In this document: piece by piece, positions 13,707-28,122 of the stretch
Position numbering within the stretch: position 1 is the stretch's first letter
Layout of the letters: every line of letters starts with the position of its first letter
Origin: Octopus vulgaris
Lineage: Eukaryota
NCBI GenBank assembly: GCA_951406725.2
Contig: OX597827.1
Coordinates: 9,982,001-10,046,000 of the forward strand
Reading direction: 5' to 3'
Length of the DNA: 64,000 nt
Notes under the pieces: model-generated
Database searches by the model: none
Seen by the model: only the letters and a program-made list of their open reading frames with translations
Told to the model about the DNA's origin: nothing
Made by a program: the position numbers and the translations under genes

Positions 13707-13881
13707 AGTGGCTGTTTGGTAAGAAACTTACTTCTCAACCACAAGTTTGCGGGTTCAGTTCCACCATGTGGCACCTTTAACAAGTGTCTTCTACTATAGC
13801 CTCAGGCTGGCCAAAGCCTTGTAAGTCAATTTGGTAGACAGAAATTCAAAGAAGCCCATTGTATGTGTGTTTATGTGTGTG

Positions 13882-13929
<48 letters not shown>

Positions 13930-14150
13930 CGTGTGTGTGTGTTTGTTTGTTCCTCCATCACCATTTGATAACCAGTGTTGGAGTGTTTAAATCTCCGTAA
14001 CTTAGTGGTTTGGCAAAAATGGCTGATAGAATAAGTCTGGGCTTCAGAAATAAATCTTGGGGTCGATTTGTTTGACTAAAATCCCTTCAAGGTGGTACTC
14101 CAGCATGGCCGTAATCAAATGACTGAAGCAAGTAAAAGAATAATAGAATA
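13707..14150 (+). mobile_element. SINE family A, diverged
   Basis: Colinear with 3039-3439; internal (TG)n. Confidence 0.8.
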
Positions 14151-14258
14151 AAATAATACATACATATACATATATGTATATATATATACATATATATATA
14201 CATATACATATTCATATATACATACATATACACATATATACATAAAAACATACATACA

Positions 14259-14459
14259 TGAGGGGTGCTGAAAAGTTCCTGGCTTTGAGTAAAAGTAAAT
14301 AGAGGCAGATCAGTTAATTATGCTTTTATACAACATATTCCCCTCTCAGGTTCACACACCTATTGCAGTTGTCCTTCAGTTTTTCTAAGCCCTGTAAAAG
14401 AACGGCACCCAGGCCTTTTGTGATACCCTTAATGCCAAGAACGTTTCTGCATCCCCTCA
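14259..14459. mobile_element. mariner-like MITE
   Basis: Imperfect TIRs TGAGGGGTGCTGAAAAGTTCCTGGC / GCCAAGAACGTTTCTGCATCCCCTCA; followed by TA (left flank reads CA). Confidence 0.65.
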
Positions 14460-15119
14460 TACATGCATACATACATGAATGCATGCAATGATGCATGTAA
14501 ACATAGATGAATATATAAATGCATACATATCATATACACATATATACATATATACATACATGAATGCATGCATATATATGTATGCATACATACATGTATA
14601 GATACAACCATACATTCATACATACATGCATACATACATACATGAAAACTAATTTGAAGACTACAGATCCAATCCATCACTGGAACGGTAAAAATCTGTA
14701 AAACTTTCCAGAAGTTTATCATTTAAATATATTTGAACACGTCTAGATATGTAACTATATGCATGAGAATACATACATAAAACATACAAATCTGCACATA
14801 CATACATACATACATACATATATACATACATATACATACATACATACATACATATATACATACATATACATACATACATACATACATATATACATACATA
14901 TACATACATACATACATACATATATACATACATATACATACATACATACATACATACATACATACATACATACATACATACATACGTACGTACATATGTA
15001 CATACCCCGTTGTTGATGTTGAAATTTCATTGAAGGAACATTGGATCTAGGTTAGAAACCAATCCTTTCTCTATTGGCAAGAAATCTTGAAATAAACTGA
15101 ATAATGACATACAGAATGT

Positions 15120-15580
15120 CATTTCAGAAAAAGGACTGTCCTAGGATAAATATAAAGAATCCCTCTGCTATTGTATACATACACAAACATCAACACAAGG
15201 TATATTGGTGAAACATCTCCATTCAAACATCTACCAAGTCTAAGGATAACAGGCCAGAGATAGCTGCTTGAAATAGACTAAAAAAATGTGTGTACTGTTG
15301 TAGAGTTCAGCTGCCCTGCTGATGTGAATGTCTGTTTGAAAAAAAAATAGTAAGTGGATAACTATGGAAACCGTCAGCTTCAGTACCCAGATCATAAATT
15401 CACAAATATACCAATAATAATTAGTTCATTTGATTTTGTTCGTAAATGCCTAAGTGACAATCTGGAAAAGCTAGGGTTTTCAGAGAAAGAAGTCAACCAG
15501 AAAACATGCACATTAAATGTACAATTTGTAAGTGGAACAGAATAAAATGTGCAAGATTTTCTTAAGTTTAAAATGTGACA
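15120..15580 (+). mobile_element. Relic of R4/Dong-type retrotransposon restriction-like endonuclease region
   Basis: Frameshifted WWNISIQT..DNRPEI, LEFSCPADVNV and YPDHKFTNIPIIIS..LEKLG; matches the PD..D/E-x-K endonuclease region of R4/NeSL-type elements. Confidence 0.6.
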
Positions 15581-15905
15581 TTGTTTTTGTTATCTACATT
15601 TCAGTGACGAAGCATTGTATCATTGTTAGAGACCATCCTCTTCATTACAGGAAGATTTTAATAATTAAAAATAGGACAGAACTTACAGGTAAACAAATGT
15701 ACATACTACAGACATAGATACATAGATACGTACAAACATACATACATACACATACATACATACATACATACATACATACATACATACATACATACAAACA
15801 TAGAAATACAGATAGTCAATCAGAGAGAACAACAAGTATTTATGAATACACACATATAGACATTCATTTATATCCACAAGAATATACAGAATTATACATC
15901 TAGAC

Positions 15906-15975
<70 letters not shown>

Positions 15976-16270
15976 GTATAATAACATATACACATATGTA
16001 CGTATATACATATGTACATACATACATACACATACATACATACATACACACGCATACATACATACATACATACATACATACATACATACATACATACATA
16101 CATACATACATACATACATACATACATACGTAAGTATCAGAATATAAGTGCAAATACGCAAATCTATATAATCTAATATATTTTTCATGAGCAAGTGGGA
16201 AAGGGCGGAGAAAAAATGAGTAGAAACAGTGACAATTAGAGAGGAAGAAAGAGAGAGAGAGGGGGAAGGT

Positions 16271-16305
<35 letters not shown>

Positions 16306-16706
16306 GGGGAAGGTGAAAGAGATAGAAAATGAGAGAGAGAGAACACGTGTATGAGCAAAAGTCTGTATGTGAATGCAAAACAGATTTGGACGTTCTTTTG
16401 TTGTTTAATTAGTGGAACATTCCTTGTCATCACAGCAAATTCCGTGAGCAAAGTAATTCATGGAGCAGCAACCCCTCAGCATGACCATCCAGGCTGAAAG
16501 AAGAAATCTGAATCATCCAGAAAAAACACAATACAAACGAAACTCCTGCAGTGAGATATTTCTTTGGCTCATTTAACAAATACCCAATTTTTCTTTTTGT
16601 GTTTTTGTGTTTTTGTGTGTGTGTGTGTGTGTGTGTGGAAGTACCTTTGGAGACAATAACAGACAAAAAGACAAAAAATTAAAAAAAAGGCTATCATAAT
16701 ATACAT

Positions 16707-17134
16707 AGGCGCAGGAGTGGCTGTGTGGTAAGTAGTTTGTTTACCAGCCACATGGTACCGGGTTCATTCCCACTGCGTGGCACCTTGGGCAAGTGCCTTC
16801 TACTATAGCCTCGGGCCGACCAAAGCCTTGTGAGTGGATTTGGTAGGCGGAAACTGAAAGAAGCCCGTCGTATATATGTATATATATGTATATATATGTA
16901 TATGCGTGTGTGTGTTTGTGTGTCTGTGTTTGTCCCCCTAGCATTGCTTGACAACCGATGCTGGTATGTTTACCTCCCCGTCACTTAGCGGTTCGGCAAA
17001 AGAGACCGATAGAATAAGTACTGGGCTTACAAAAAATAAGTCCCGGGGTCGAGTTGTTCGATTAAAGGTGGTGCTCCAGCATGGCTGCAGTCAAATGACT
17101 GAAACAAGTAAAAGAATAAAAGAATAAAAGAATA
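16707..17134 (+). mobile_element. SINE family A, full length
   Basis: Intact head AGGCGCAGGAGTGGCTGTGTGG; (TAAAAGAA)n tail. Confidence 0.9.
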
Positions 17135-17549
17135 ATTTACAGAGGCTAACAATACCAGTGCTTAATTTTGGATAGATGAAGATATGATTGTATACTCATG
17201 AATAGCTAATCTGTTCATCAGAACTATCATAAGTAATCATTCCTAGAAGCTGCTGGAAAAAAAAAAATATAGGTCACTACATGTTCCCAATTGCTAGGTG
17301 AACCAAGTTGGGTTGAATCAAGCATCTTAAAAGCTCTTCCTGAGACCAGATGTGAACACCACGTGTGTCTCAATTATATATGCATTTTGACATTTCCCTT
17401 ATTCGCTGAAATATCTTGTGTGTGTGTGTGTGTATGTATGTAAATACATATATGCATAATTACAGATAAATATGCATGTGTGTGTGTGTGTGCATGTGTG
17501 CATGTGCATGTGTGTATATGTGTCTGTGTGTCTGTATATATATATATGT

Positions 17550-17745
17550 GTATTGGCGATTTTTTTTCCTCTGTCTTCCCTTCTCTGGATCTTTCCTTCT
17601 CCTATGTTTCCAACGAAGAGCTCCGCTCGAAACGTTAAACCCTCCTTCTTCCCTTCCTTCCTGAGCGTCCAATAATACTATATTTGTTCCATGTTCTTGC
17701 GTTGTTGTGTTTTCTTTTTGTGTTTTCATGTTTGGATTAACTTTA
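17550..17745 (+). mobile_element. Penelope-like element pLTR fragment with degenerate minimal hammerhead
   Basis: Near-identical to 62170-62362; lies in TA/TG repeats; contains GTTT CCAACGA A GAGC TCC GCTC GAAA CG TT AAAC. Confidence 0.65.
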
Positions 17746-17987
17746 TATATATATATGTAAAGAGAAATAGCTCTGACGAAAGAACGTAGCATTATCGATT
17801 TTAGGTTGTTCAATCTTTTGAGGTCATTCAATTTTTCTCAGCTTATCATTGGAAGACCAATTGAGTAAACCTATCTGTAACGTACCTATAATAACCACTG
17901 GAAACAGCTGTAAGCCAAATTTGCTCTAATAAAGGAAAATATGTTATGACCATTATCTATAATTTGTCTTATGCATATATATATATA

Positions 17988-18240
17988 GTGGAGGCATGTG
18001 GCTTAGTGGTTAGGGTGTCAGCATCATGATCGTAAGATTGTGGTTTTGATTCCAGGACCAGGCGACGCATTGCGTTCTTGAGCAAAACACTTCATTTCAC
18101 ATTGCCCCAGTTCACTCAGCTGGCAAAAATGAGTAACGCTGCGATGGACTGGCATCCCATCCAGCTGGGGAACACATACACCATAGAAACTGGGAAACTG
18201 GGCCCATGAGCCTGGTTAGGGCTTTAAAAGGGTGCATTTA
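17988..18240 (+). mobile_element. tRNA-derived SINE, family E
   Basis: GTGGAGGCATGTGGCTTAGTGGTTAGG head, GGTTTTGATTCC B-box, CTTGAGCAAAACACTTCATT; related to 24175-24440. Confidence 0.75.
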
Positions 18241-18252
18241 TTATGTTTTTAT

Positions 18253-18286
<34 letters not shown>

Positions 18287-18710
18287 TATAATTATGACTT
18301 AAAACTGTTTGATTTGGACCTATGCAACTTGAAGTTTCTTACGCTTCTCTGTGACTGTATGCCCTTCCTGTGACCAGCCACTACCTGTTTCAAGGCAACG
18401 TAATATATTTCCAGAGCTAGGCATATTTTCATGCAAGACTGGAAATGAACGACCACACTTACATCATGATAATGCTTATTTAGAACCACCACGTAATGTC
18501 ATAGCAAGGATATACACACAAACACACCCACAAGCTTATCCAAACATATATACATGTCTGTATGTATGTATGTATGTATGTATGTATGTATGCATGTATG
18601 TATGTATGTATGTATGTATGTATGTATGTATGTATGTATGTATGTACAGAGAGAAAGAGAGAGAGAGAAAGAGAAAGAAAGAGGGTGGGAGGGAGAGCAA
18701 GATATATAAT

Positions 18711-18775
<65 letters not shown>

Positions 18776-19289
18776 TTGTATGTCTCCTTGTCTTGACACT
18801 GTAATCTAGTCATAAATGAGTCTTGCTCTCATACAAGGAGTGTTATTCAATTTCAATAGTCTGCAAAAACATGTCTGGTCAATAGAAAATATTATCATGC
18901 TAGGAAACAAACAGAAGTGGAACACAGCAAGAAAAGTATTAAAGTCATACAGAATCTGCCCGAATGAACTTTGTCCAATTGATCCAAGCATGAAAAAGTA
19001 GATGTGAAAATCGTGAGGAGTTGATGTAATTAACTATAACTGCTATATTGCAAACTTTGACCTTCTAGAAAATCATGAGACATTGATTTTTGTTTAATTA
19101 TTGCATGCAGAGGGATCAAACATTAGATAAAATTTATTAGATATCGTGCTACTATCATAATTTTTAGCCCCATTACGAAACTCTTTGTCATAGATAGCAT
19201 AGATATTGATTTCTAACATTGATAGAAAAACACAAATTTGGGGGCAAGAGTATTCAGCCTACCCATTACTTAAACTGTTGCTTGAACTT

Positions 19290-19432
19290 GTTCTGTAAGA
19301 TGATTGTTTCCCAACCACATGGCTTTGGATTCAGTCCCATTGTGTGACACCTTGAACAAGTCTCTTCTACTATAGCTTCAGGTTAACCAAAGCCGTGTGA
19401 GTGGATTTGGCAGACAGAAACTGAAATAAACC

Positions 19433-19509
<77 letters not shown>

Positions 19510-19557
19510 TATATAGATATAGATATACATATATTTATATATATACACATATATATA

Positions 19558-19612
<55 letters not shown>

Positions 19613-19639
19613 CATATTCACACATACATACATACATAT

Positions 19640-19691
<52 letters not shown>

Positions 19692-20190
19692 TAGATCTAT
19701 GTGTGTGTGTTTGACCTCCCACCACTGCTTGACAACTGGTGCTAGTGTGTTTACATTCCTGTAACTTAGCGGTTTGAGAAAGAGACTGATAGAATAAGTA
19801 CCACACTTAACAAAACATATCACCCATCAAGTGGAACGAAATCACAGGCGTGGCAGATACTGGTGGCGCACAAATGACACCCATGCTGGTGGCACATAAA
19901 AGCACCCATTACACTCTCAGAGTGGTTGTCATTAGGAAGGGCATCCAGCCATAGAAAACCATGCCAAATCAGATTGGAGTCTGGTGCAGCCTTCCAGCTT
20001 ACCTGCCCTGGTCAAACCGTCAAACCCATTGCCAGTATGGACAATGGACATTAAATGATGAGGATTATAATGATGATGATGATGATGATGATGATGAAGC
20101 TCTAGGGTTAATTCATTCAACTAAAAATTCTTCAGGGTGGTGCCTCAACATAACCACAGCCTAATGACTGAAACAAGTAAAAGATAAAAA
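19290..20190 (+). mobile_element. Diverged SINE A interrupted by a TA expansion and a family C insertion (~19840-20097)
   Basis: SINE A 5' part at 19310-19437, middle at 19700-19810 and 3' end at 20120-20190; RTE-tail sequence with (GAT)n lies between. Confidence 0.7.
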
Positions 20191-20649
20191 ATAACGTTGG
20201 ATAAATTTGATCTCAGAATGTAATGGACCGTTACTAATAATTTATTGTTGCAAAATATTTCACATGATGCTTTAATGCTTCTGCCAGTCTATCACATTCT
20301 TACTGTCAATGTTGGTATCTGGTAAGCTGGTGGAATCATTAGCATGCCAGGCAAAATGCTCAACAGCATTTCATCTATCTTTACGTTCTGAGTCCAAATT
20401 CTACCAAGGTTGACTGTGTATTTCATCCTTTTATGGAGTCAATAAAATAAATACCAGTTGTGCACTGGGGTTGATGTAACATCTCAAATTTGCTGGCCTT
20501 GTGCCAACATTTGAAACCAATATTGGTATCGTCATTAATTGCTGTTTTGAAATATTTGTAGTGTGTTGATATTCTTCAGTTTGTGTATGTATGTATGTAT
20601 GCACATGTATATATATACAGTGCATGTGTGTACATCTATATATATGTGT

Positions 20650-20708
<59 letters not shown>

Positions 20709-22037
20709 CATTTAAAATAATATAGCCCTATATATTCTTGTAATCTACTTGTAGATTTTAAACCTAGCATGTCTTGGTAATTATTTCTCAAAGTTCACAA
20801 CAATACACTTCTATAGAGATAGAGATTTTGACTTAGCTCAATAAATTTCATATCAACTAGGCCTATCATGTTTGTCAGTCTATAATACCATTTTGAGATT
20901 AGAAAATTTTGAGCACATTCTGTAGGCCAGAATAATAAAAATTAAAATTAAAATTTTCGCATTGAGAACTCATGGCTCTGGTGATATGGAGGTGTGGTTA
21001 GAGTGTCACAAGAAGAGATCACTAAACATTCTTCAAGCTGAGCCAATAAGCTGGAGACTAAGGGGTAGACCAAGAATTGGTTGCAACATTAACTTGTAGT
21101 AAATCTGTAGCCAGTGGTTGAGCCTCTTCATGCTGATGGTTGTGAAGTGTGCTGGTGCTTGAGGTAGCTATTCAGGCTAAGGGTGGTATAGAAGAACCAG
21201 AAGGTATTTATTGCAAGGGTGAGTTGGTGGGGAACAAGGAAGTGTGAGTCACCTTTGCACCTTCAAATTCTAGTTTCTGTCTCTTCATGTCTGTTATTTT
21301 CCACCAGGTATGTTCCCTCAATGGAAACATGTGATGGTTGGATATTATCCAAAGTCTCAGTCGGCTATGCTTGGGGATACAGCAGGCAAGTGTAATGAGG
21401 GTTACTTCTGAGAAGACTCCATGGAGAAGGTGCCTGAGGCCTCTACACCCATGACCCTCTCAGGAATAGTGTAGGCAGTGAAAATGAGAAGATAGATGGA
21501 AAGGGAATAATAAGCCAAGTTAAAGCCTTTTTGTTAATATATGTCTGTTAAAATAAACAGCATTTGTTTCAATTAATATCGAAAAATAATGAAAAATTTA
21601 GTAAAATTACTCTATCATTAATAAGCTGATGTTTGGAACATAAAGTGAAATATTCATGGAAGGTTTTCATTTAGATCAATTTAAGTTGCAGAAATCTTGT
21701 TATAGATCCAAGAGTATTTCAGGTGTGCTCATATTAAAAAAATTTAACGATATCATTTAAGGCAAAAGAGAAGCAAGTCATGGAGCATAGGAGCATGTGG
21801 TCATATAAACAACTTTACACACACATTTATGAAGAAAAGCATATATGTGTCTTTGAGACTTATATGCATATCCTTATTTCAATAAGAATTGAATTCACCT
21901 GTCTAAAATTTACAATGCATGGGTAAACAACACACATTAAAACAGTTTCCATTAAAAGCATTTCTGATACCATGTGTGAATTTACAAAGAATTTTTCTAC
22001 GAAAACAGTCATATATATATATGTATATATACATGAC

Positions 22038-22071
<34 letters not shown>

Positions 22072-22593
22072 GTACACGCACACATAATAGATTATATTTC
22101 ATATTACACATGCACACACATACGAACATATATAAACATATATATGTAAAGACACACAATATAAAGATAGCTGTTCACACACAGCTATGAAAATACACTT
22201 AAATAACAAACTATATGTTTATGTGTATGTATGGCTTCACAATAGCTAAGGGTTAGAAATGTCCTAATATGTCTTCAATTGATGTAATATTAACTTCAGA
22301 CATTAACAAAATAGCAACAAAACAAATTGAAATAATAAAGATATTGTATGTCTAGACACTATTATAACAAAATGAAAATTACACCTCGTGTAGAACGTAC
22401 AAGTATACAGGCATTTATTCAGTCATATATCAAGTCATACATACACACACACACACATACATGCATATATATAAATACATGCATATACATATATATATAT
22501 GTGTGTATATATATATGTATATATGTGTATGTATTTATATATATATATACACATATATACATATATATATGTGTGTGTATATGTATATAGGTG

Positions 22594-22635
<42 letters not shown>

Positions 22636-22679
22636 TACATACATATATGCATACATACATACACACACACATACATACA

Positions 22680-22743
<64 letters not shown>

Positions 22744-23279
22744 GACATATGTGTGTGTATGTTTATATGTATATATGTATGTATATATATATATATATAG
22801 ACACACATGCGAGAAGGAGAACTCAATTCTGTATGTGAGAGTATACAAATATGTATAGATCAGTATGTACTATCAGACTCTAAACATTATTTAGATACTT
22901 GCATATGAAAAATATCAGTTCAAATACTGTCAATAATGCAATATTATAAATGTGCAAGTCTACAAACGATAAATAAAATGATGGATAACCATGTTCTACA
23001 TAAAAACATACATAAACACATATACAAATGCACAAATATAAACACACACACACAGAAAGGATACACATATGCATGCCCATACATATATGTTCATATTTTA
23101 GTATTGTTCAATATTTTTCTTTTGCCTTATCCCATAGTATTGCCATCAGACATGAATAAAAATCAAATTCCCTCAATGACTTAGAATGGATATACATGCT
23201 TACATAGACCCATGCATGCATACACACACTCACACACACACAAATATATATACACAGAACACGCATACATACACACACA

Positions 23280-23648
23280 TATCGAAATCGAAATCAAATT
23301 TGATGACTGGCATCCATGCTAGTGGAGCGCTAAGAGCACCATACAAGCGTGATCATTGCCAGAGCAACAAACTGGCCTCCGTGCCGGTGGCACATAAAAA
23401 GCGCCACCATTGTGTGTGGCCATTGCCAGTACTGCCTGACTGGCCCTCGTGCCGGTGACACGTAAAAGTACCCACTACACTCTCGGAGTGGTTGGCATTA
23501 GGAAAGGCATCCAGCTGTAGAAACTCTGCCAGATCAGATTGGAATCTGGTGCAGCTATCTGGTTCGCCAGACCTTAGTCAAATCGTCCAACCCATACCAG
23601 CATGGAAAGCGGACGTTAAGCGATGATGATGATGATGATGATGATGAT
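23280..23648 (+). mobile_element. RTE-tailed SINE family C, long copy
   Basis: Internal TGCCGGTGGCACATAAAAAGC-type subrepeats; ends GGAAAGCGGACGTTAAGCGATGATGAT; homologous to 62380-62655. Confidence 0.85.
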
Positions 23649-23865
23649 ACATGCATGCATACATACACACACACACACACACTCACATATAGCTATACAT
23701 ATATACATATATATGATTATATGTATCTATCTAGGTAAGTAGGTATATATAATCTAAAAGTGTACTGGAAAGAACATTCTGCACAATCTCCTCCACTAAG
23801 TTCCATATGAAAATAGCTGTTACATCTTGGAGTAAGCAAGTGTGTAGTGTTAGAGTCATGTTCTA

Positions 23866-24151
23866 TGTAGTAATAAGAAGTGTGTGAAACATAATTAGTA
23901 TTTTTAAGCTCTACATTACATGTGTGTGTTTTCATAAACTCATTGGTACTACACAAGCTGATTGGCACAGCTGCACAAACTGACTGACATGGTTCCTCAC
24001 TATTAGCAGCAATACCGAGGAAGCAAGCCAATCACTTTGTGCAACAGTGCCAATCTGCTCGTGTAATAGCACCACTAGCATTTGGAAACATGTGTGTGTT
24101 ATATGAAGTTTTAAAATACCAATTACATATCCTACATTTCTTATTACTACA
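23866..24151. repeat. 286-bp imperfect palindrome with TGT...ACA ends (fold-back element or hairpin RNA candidate)
   Basis: TGTAGTAATAAGAA...TTCTTATTACTACA; the inner 54-bp stem (23951-24004 / 24011-24064) is gapless with a 6-nt loop. Confidence 0.9.
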
Positions 24152-24174
24152 AATATTGATGTATGTGTGTGTAT

Positions 24175-24440
24175 GAATGCATGTGGCTTAGTGGTCAGGC
24201 TGTTGCTCTCACGATCATTGGAATGTGGGTTCGATTCCCAGGCCAGGGAACGTATTGTGTTCTTGAGCAAAACTCTTCATTTTGTGCTGCTATCGTCCCC
24301 CTTTCAATCAGGAGGGAATGATGGCCTGCTCACCCTACCTGTGGGGAGGCATCATTTAAAGGCTAAAACAATGAAAAAGTGCTGTATGACCAGCGATGTT
24401 CAACCACACTTGAAAGTCTGGTCAGTCACCTGATCATGTG
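24175..24440 (+). mobile_element. SINE family E, diverged
   Basis: ATGTGGCTTAGTGGTCAGG...GGTTCGATTCCC head; 3' part matches 28781-28900. Confidence 0.7.
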
Positions 24441-24646
24441 ATTCATATATTTAAGTATATATGTACACACACACACACACATATACATATATGTACGTAA
24501 TTACAAAGAAAAGATATAACATGTTACACTTAATTTTGTTTATGTTACTAACAAAGAAATTGCTATAAAATGTATATTGTGCTAACATCATTTCTATTAA
24601 CATTGCCTTCATAAAAATACTTATTTAAAAACGGAATTTTAAACAC

Positions 24647-24647
<1 letters not shown>

Positions 24648-24714
<67 letters not shown>

Positions 24715-24728
24715 CATTATTATTATTA
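24648..24728. repeat. (TTA)n microsatellite
   Basis: Direct reading. Confidence 0.95.
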
Positions 24729-26316
24729 CTTTTTTTTGTGTGATAACACCAGCAAGAAAACAGATATTTGTTATTGTGGCATATCAGTTCCCTAGAAACT
24801 TGTTCAGTTTTTATGAATTTAACTCAGAGATAATCTGTCACTAAATCTTACTTTGATTAAAAAAAGCCATGTTTTTTTACATATACCTGAATCTTTCAAG
24901 ATCCTTTTCTTCAATTTAAACTTACTTTCGTAAACATTGAATTTTATTACCTGTTTGTAGAGATAATACTTTAAAAAAAAAACCTAATATGTTTTAAACT
25001 GATTCTGTGTTTTAAAAGGTAAACCCACATGTCTCTCACTAAATAGTAGAGGATTATTTACATCCTTCGAGCTCTTCAAAACCTTTCTAATATTGCTTTA
25101 TTAAGCTATTTTTTTTTTCAGCTGAATTTAATTACACATAACTGCATGCTTTACAGCTTAGAGAAAAGACAACTCTCAACCTGGCATACTACCACTTAGC
25201 CTCACAGTAAAACCCAACTTTACTCTTGCCAGAGTTAAAGTAGAGTTTAATTCACCTGGTGGCATCATGACTATGCTGCATGGATTCCCTTCACTTTATA
25301 AAGTCTAGGCATCTTCCCTGTATATTCCAAATATTGGCAACATTGTCCTATCCCCATAGCTAAATAGGATGATCTCATCTTATTCTACTGAGTACTAATC
25401 CCTTATTATTGAACACACATTTAAGGGATTACTTTGCCTAGTTTCATTCTACATCTCTCAAATACCTCTTTCTTAACAAAATATTGCTCCACATCAAGAT
25501 TTTTAACTAATTACTTAAAGCTTCTGTATGAATAAGACACCAACATGTTATAGAATCAGCACTTGACTCCAGGTTAAAGTATTTCATTCTACCTCTCTTT
25601 AACTCATACCAAGAGCCCTGAAATTATTACATAACTAGCCTAACACATGAATCCTAAATATGACTGAAGTATACATGTAGTTTCTTGTGAATATAACATT
25701 ATTTATGAACCTGTAGAGATTACCAAACACAGCATAATAAGTTTCCACTCCTCCAAACTTACTACTACTTTTCTTTTTATTAATCAGATCTTAACGTTAA
25801 TCCTTAAATCCAATCATCTTCAAGATGATTTTTTTTACCAATGAAATAACCAATATATAACGATGTATGCATAAACTAGGCACTTTGAAACATATGTAAT
25901 TCAGATTTGAGGAAAACCAAACCAGAAACCAATTTAATATGCATTTCATATTCTAGTTTATCTCTTTTTAACCTCCTACCAGGCCTGAAAAGAAACTATT
26001 TCCATTTACATTATATATATCATGGGATGGGTAGCATAAGTAAGTATCTTTGATTATTTGAAAATTCCATAATAATTATTGAACACATACATGATTGATT
26101 ATCTGAAAAAAAAAATTTGTGAATAATAAAGCAGCTACAAAAGCTTGAGACAGACTGTGTAAGGCGATTATAGGAGGATTGTATTATTGAAAAACTTATA
26201 AAAGAGCAATTGACATTGACTATCTGCACCACAATAGAAAATCTGTAAAAGCAATGGCAATAGATTTATATACATATATATATGTATATGTTTGAGTGTG
26301 TGTGCATAAATATATA

Positions 26317-26370
<54 letters not shown>

Positions 26371-26623
26371 TATATACAAACAAACATATGTTCCATTCAA
26401 CAGCACCCTGATATGTTATAAGTATTCGAAAACACTTGGGAGTAGAAATAAAATGAAGGGTGGCCACAATATAGAAAGAAGTATATATATTTATTGGCTT
26501 CAAGCTAATGATTTACACCATTGCTGTTCAGAGGATCTCTCTTGATATTAGTAAGTCAAAGGTTATAAAAACAATATTTCTGAATGTTTACACGCACAGA
26601 CATATTCATATACAAACTTATAC

Positions 26624-26664
<41 letters not shown>

Positions 26665-26665
26665 A

Positions 26666-26717
<52 letters not shown>

Positions 26718-26845
26718 TGTACAATTCAAGGAAGATAACATCTGTTATATATATTATATGTATATACGTATGTGGGTGTCTGTGTGTGTGTAAAAGATAA
26801 AAGATATAAAGTTATATATATATATGCATACACAAATAGATAGAC

Positions 26846-26884
<39 letters not shown>

Positions 26885-27684
26885 TATCTATTTGTGTGTG
26901 CATGTGTGTGTAGCCCCATTATAGATTGACAACTGATGCTGGTGTGTTTACATCTCTGTTACTTAGCATTTCAGCAAAAGTGACCAATAGAATAAATACT
27001 AGGCTTACAAAGAATAAGTCCTGGGTTTTATTTGTTCAACTAAAAGTGCTGCTCCAGCATGGCCACAGCTGTGTGAAAGACATACATACATACTCACATA
27101 TATAAATATATATATATATATGAGTATACATATTTGTTTATATATAGATGTATATATATATATATATATATAAATACATTTATGAATATATATATATATA
27201 TATGCATATATATTATGGATAAATATATATACATATGTTTATATGTATGTATATATATATATGTATATGTATGCACATGTATATTATGTATAAATATGTG
27301 TGTGTATATATATATTCATATTCATCAACATATAGATATCTCTATATATATATATATATATCAAAGCTAGCTTGATGTGCATATACATAAATGAATATAC
27401 ATATATGTACATGTATATATATGTGTATTTGTGTGTGAGTGTGTGTGCATGTGCATGTGTATGTAAAGGTGTGTATTTGTATATGTGTATGTATGTGTTT
27501 GCATAAGCATGAATACTAAAGGATAAGAGTTGTTGGTCAGGTAAAAGCTCTATATCATGGAATAGTGAAGAATGATGCAGGAAAAGTCGTGAGACACAAT
27601 ATTAGAGAAAACCTTTCCAACCCATCAATGCACCTGGAATAACAACGACAGGGGTTGAACAGTTGGGCATAGGCATAAACACAT

Positions 27685-27729
<45 letters not shown>

Positions 27730-27841
27730 CACACACAAACACACACATATACACCCACAAACAATCACATACACTTATGTGTGTAAGCATACACATATAT
27801 ATATATGAGTCTATACATATTTATCTATCTCTTAATGTATG

Positions 27842-27881
<40 letters not shown>

Positions 27882-27999
27882 TAAGAGAGTGGTCACTCAT
27901 TAGTATCTAATTCTCTCACCCTTATTAATTAATTATATATATATATATATATATTTATATGCATATATATATATTTATATATATATCTATATATATATA

Positions 28000-28058
<59 letters not shown>

Positions 28059-28084
28059 TATGTGTGTGTAGATGTATATATATT

Positions 28085-28122
<38 letters not shown>

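Noticed and set aside
16385-16437. Minus-strand GTGATGA (box C) suggesting a C/D snoRNA
   Set aside because: No properly placed CTGA box D or terminal stem.
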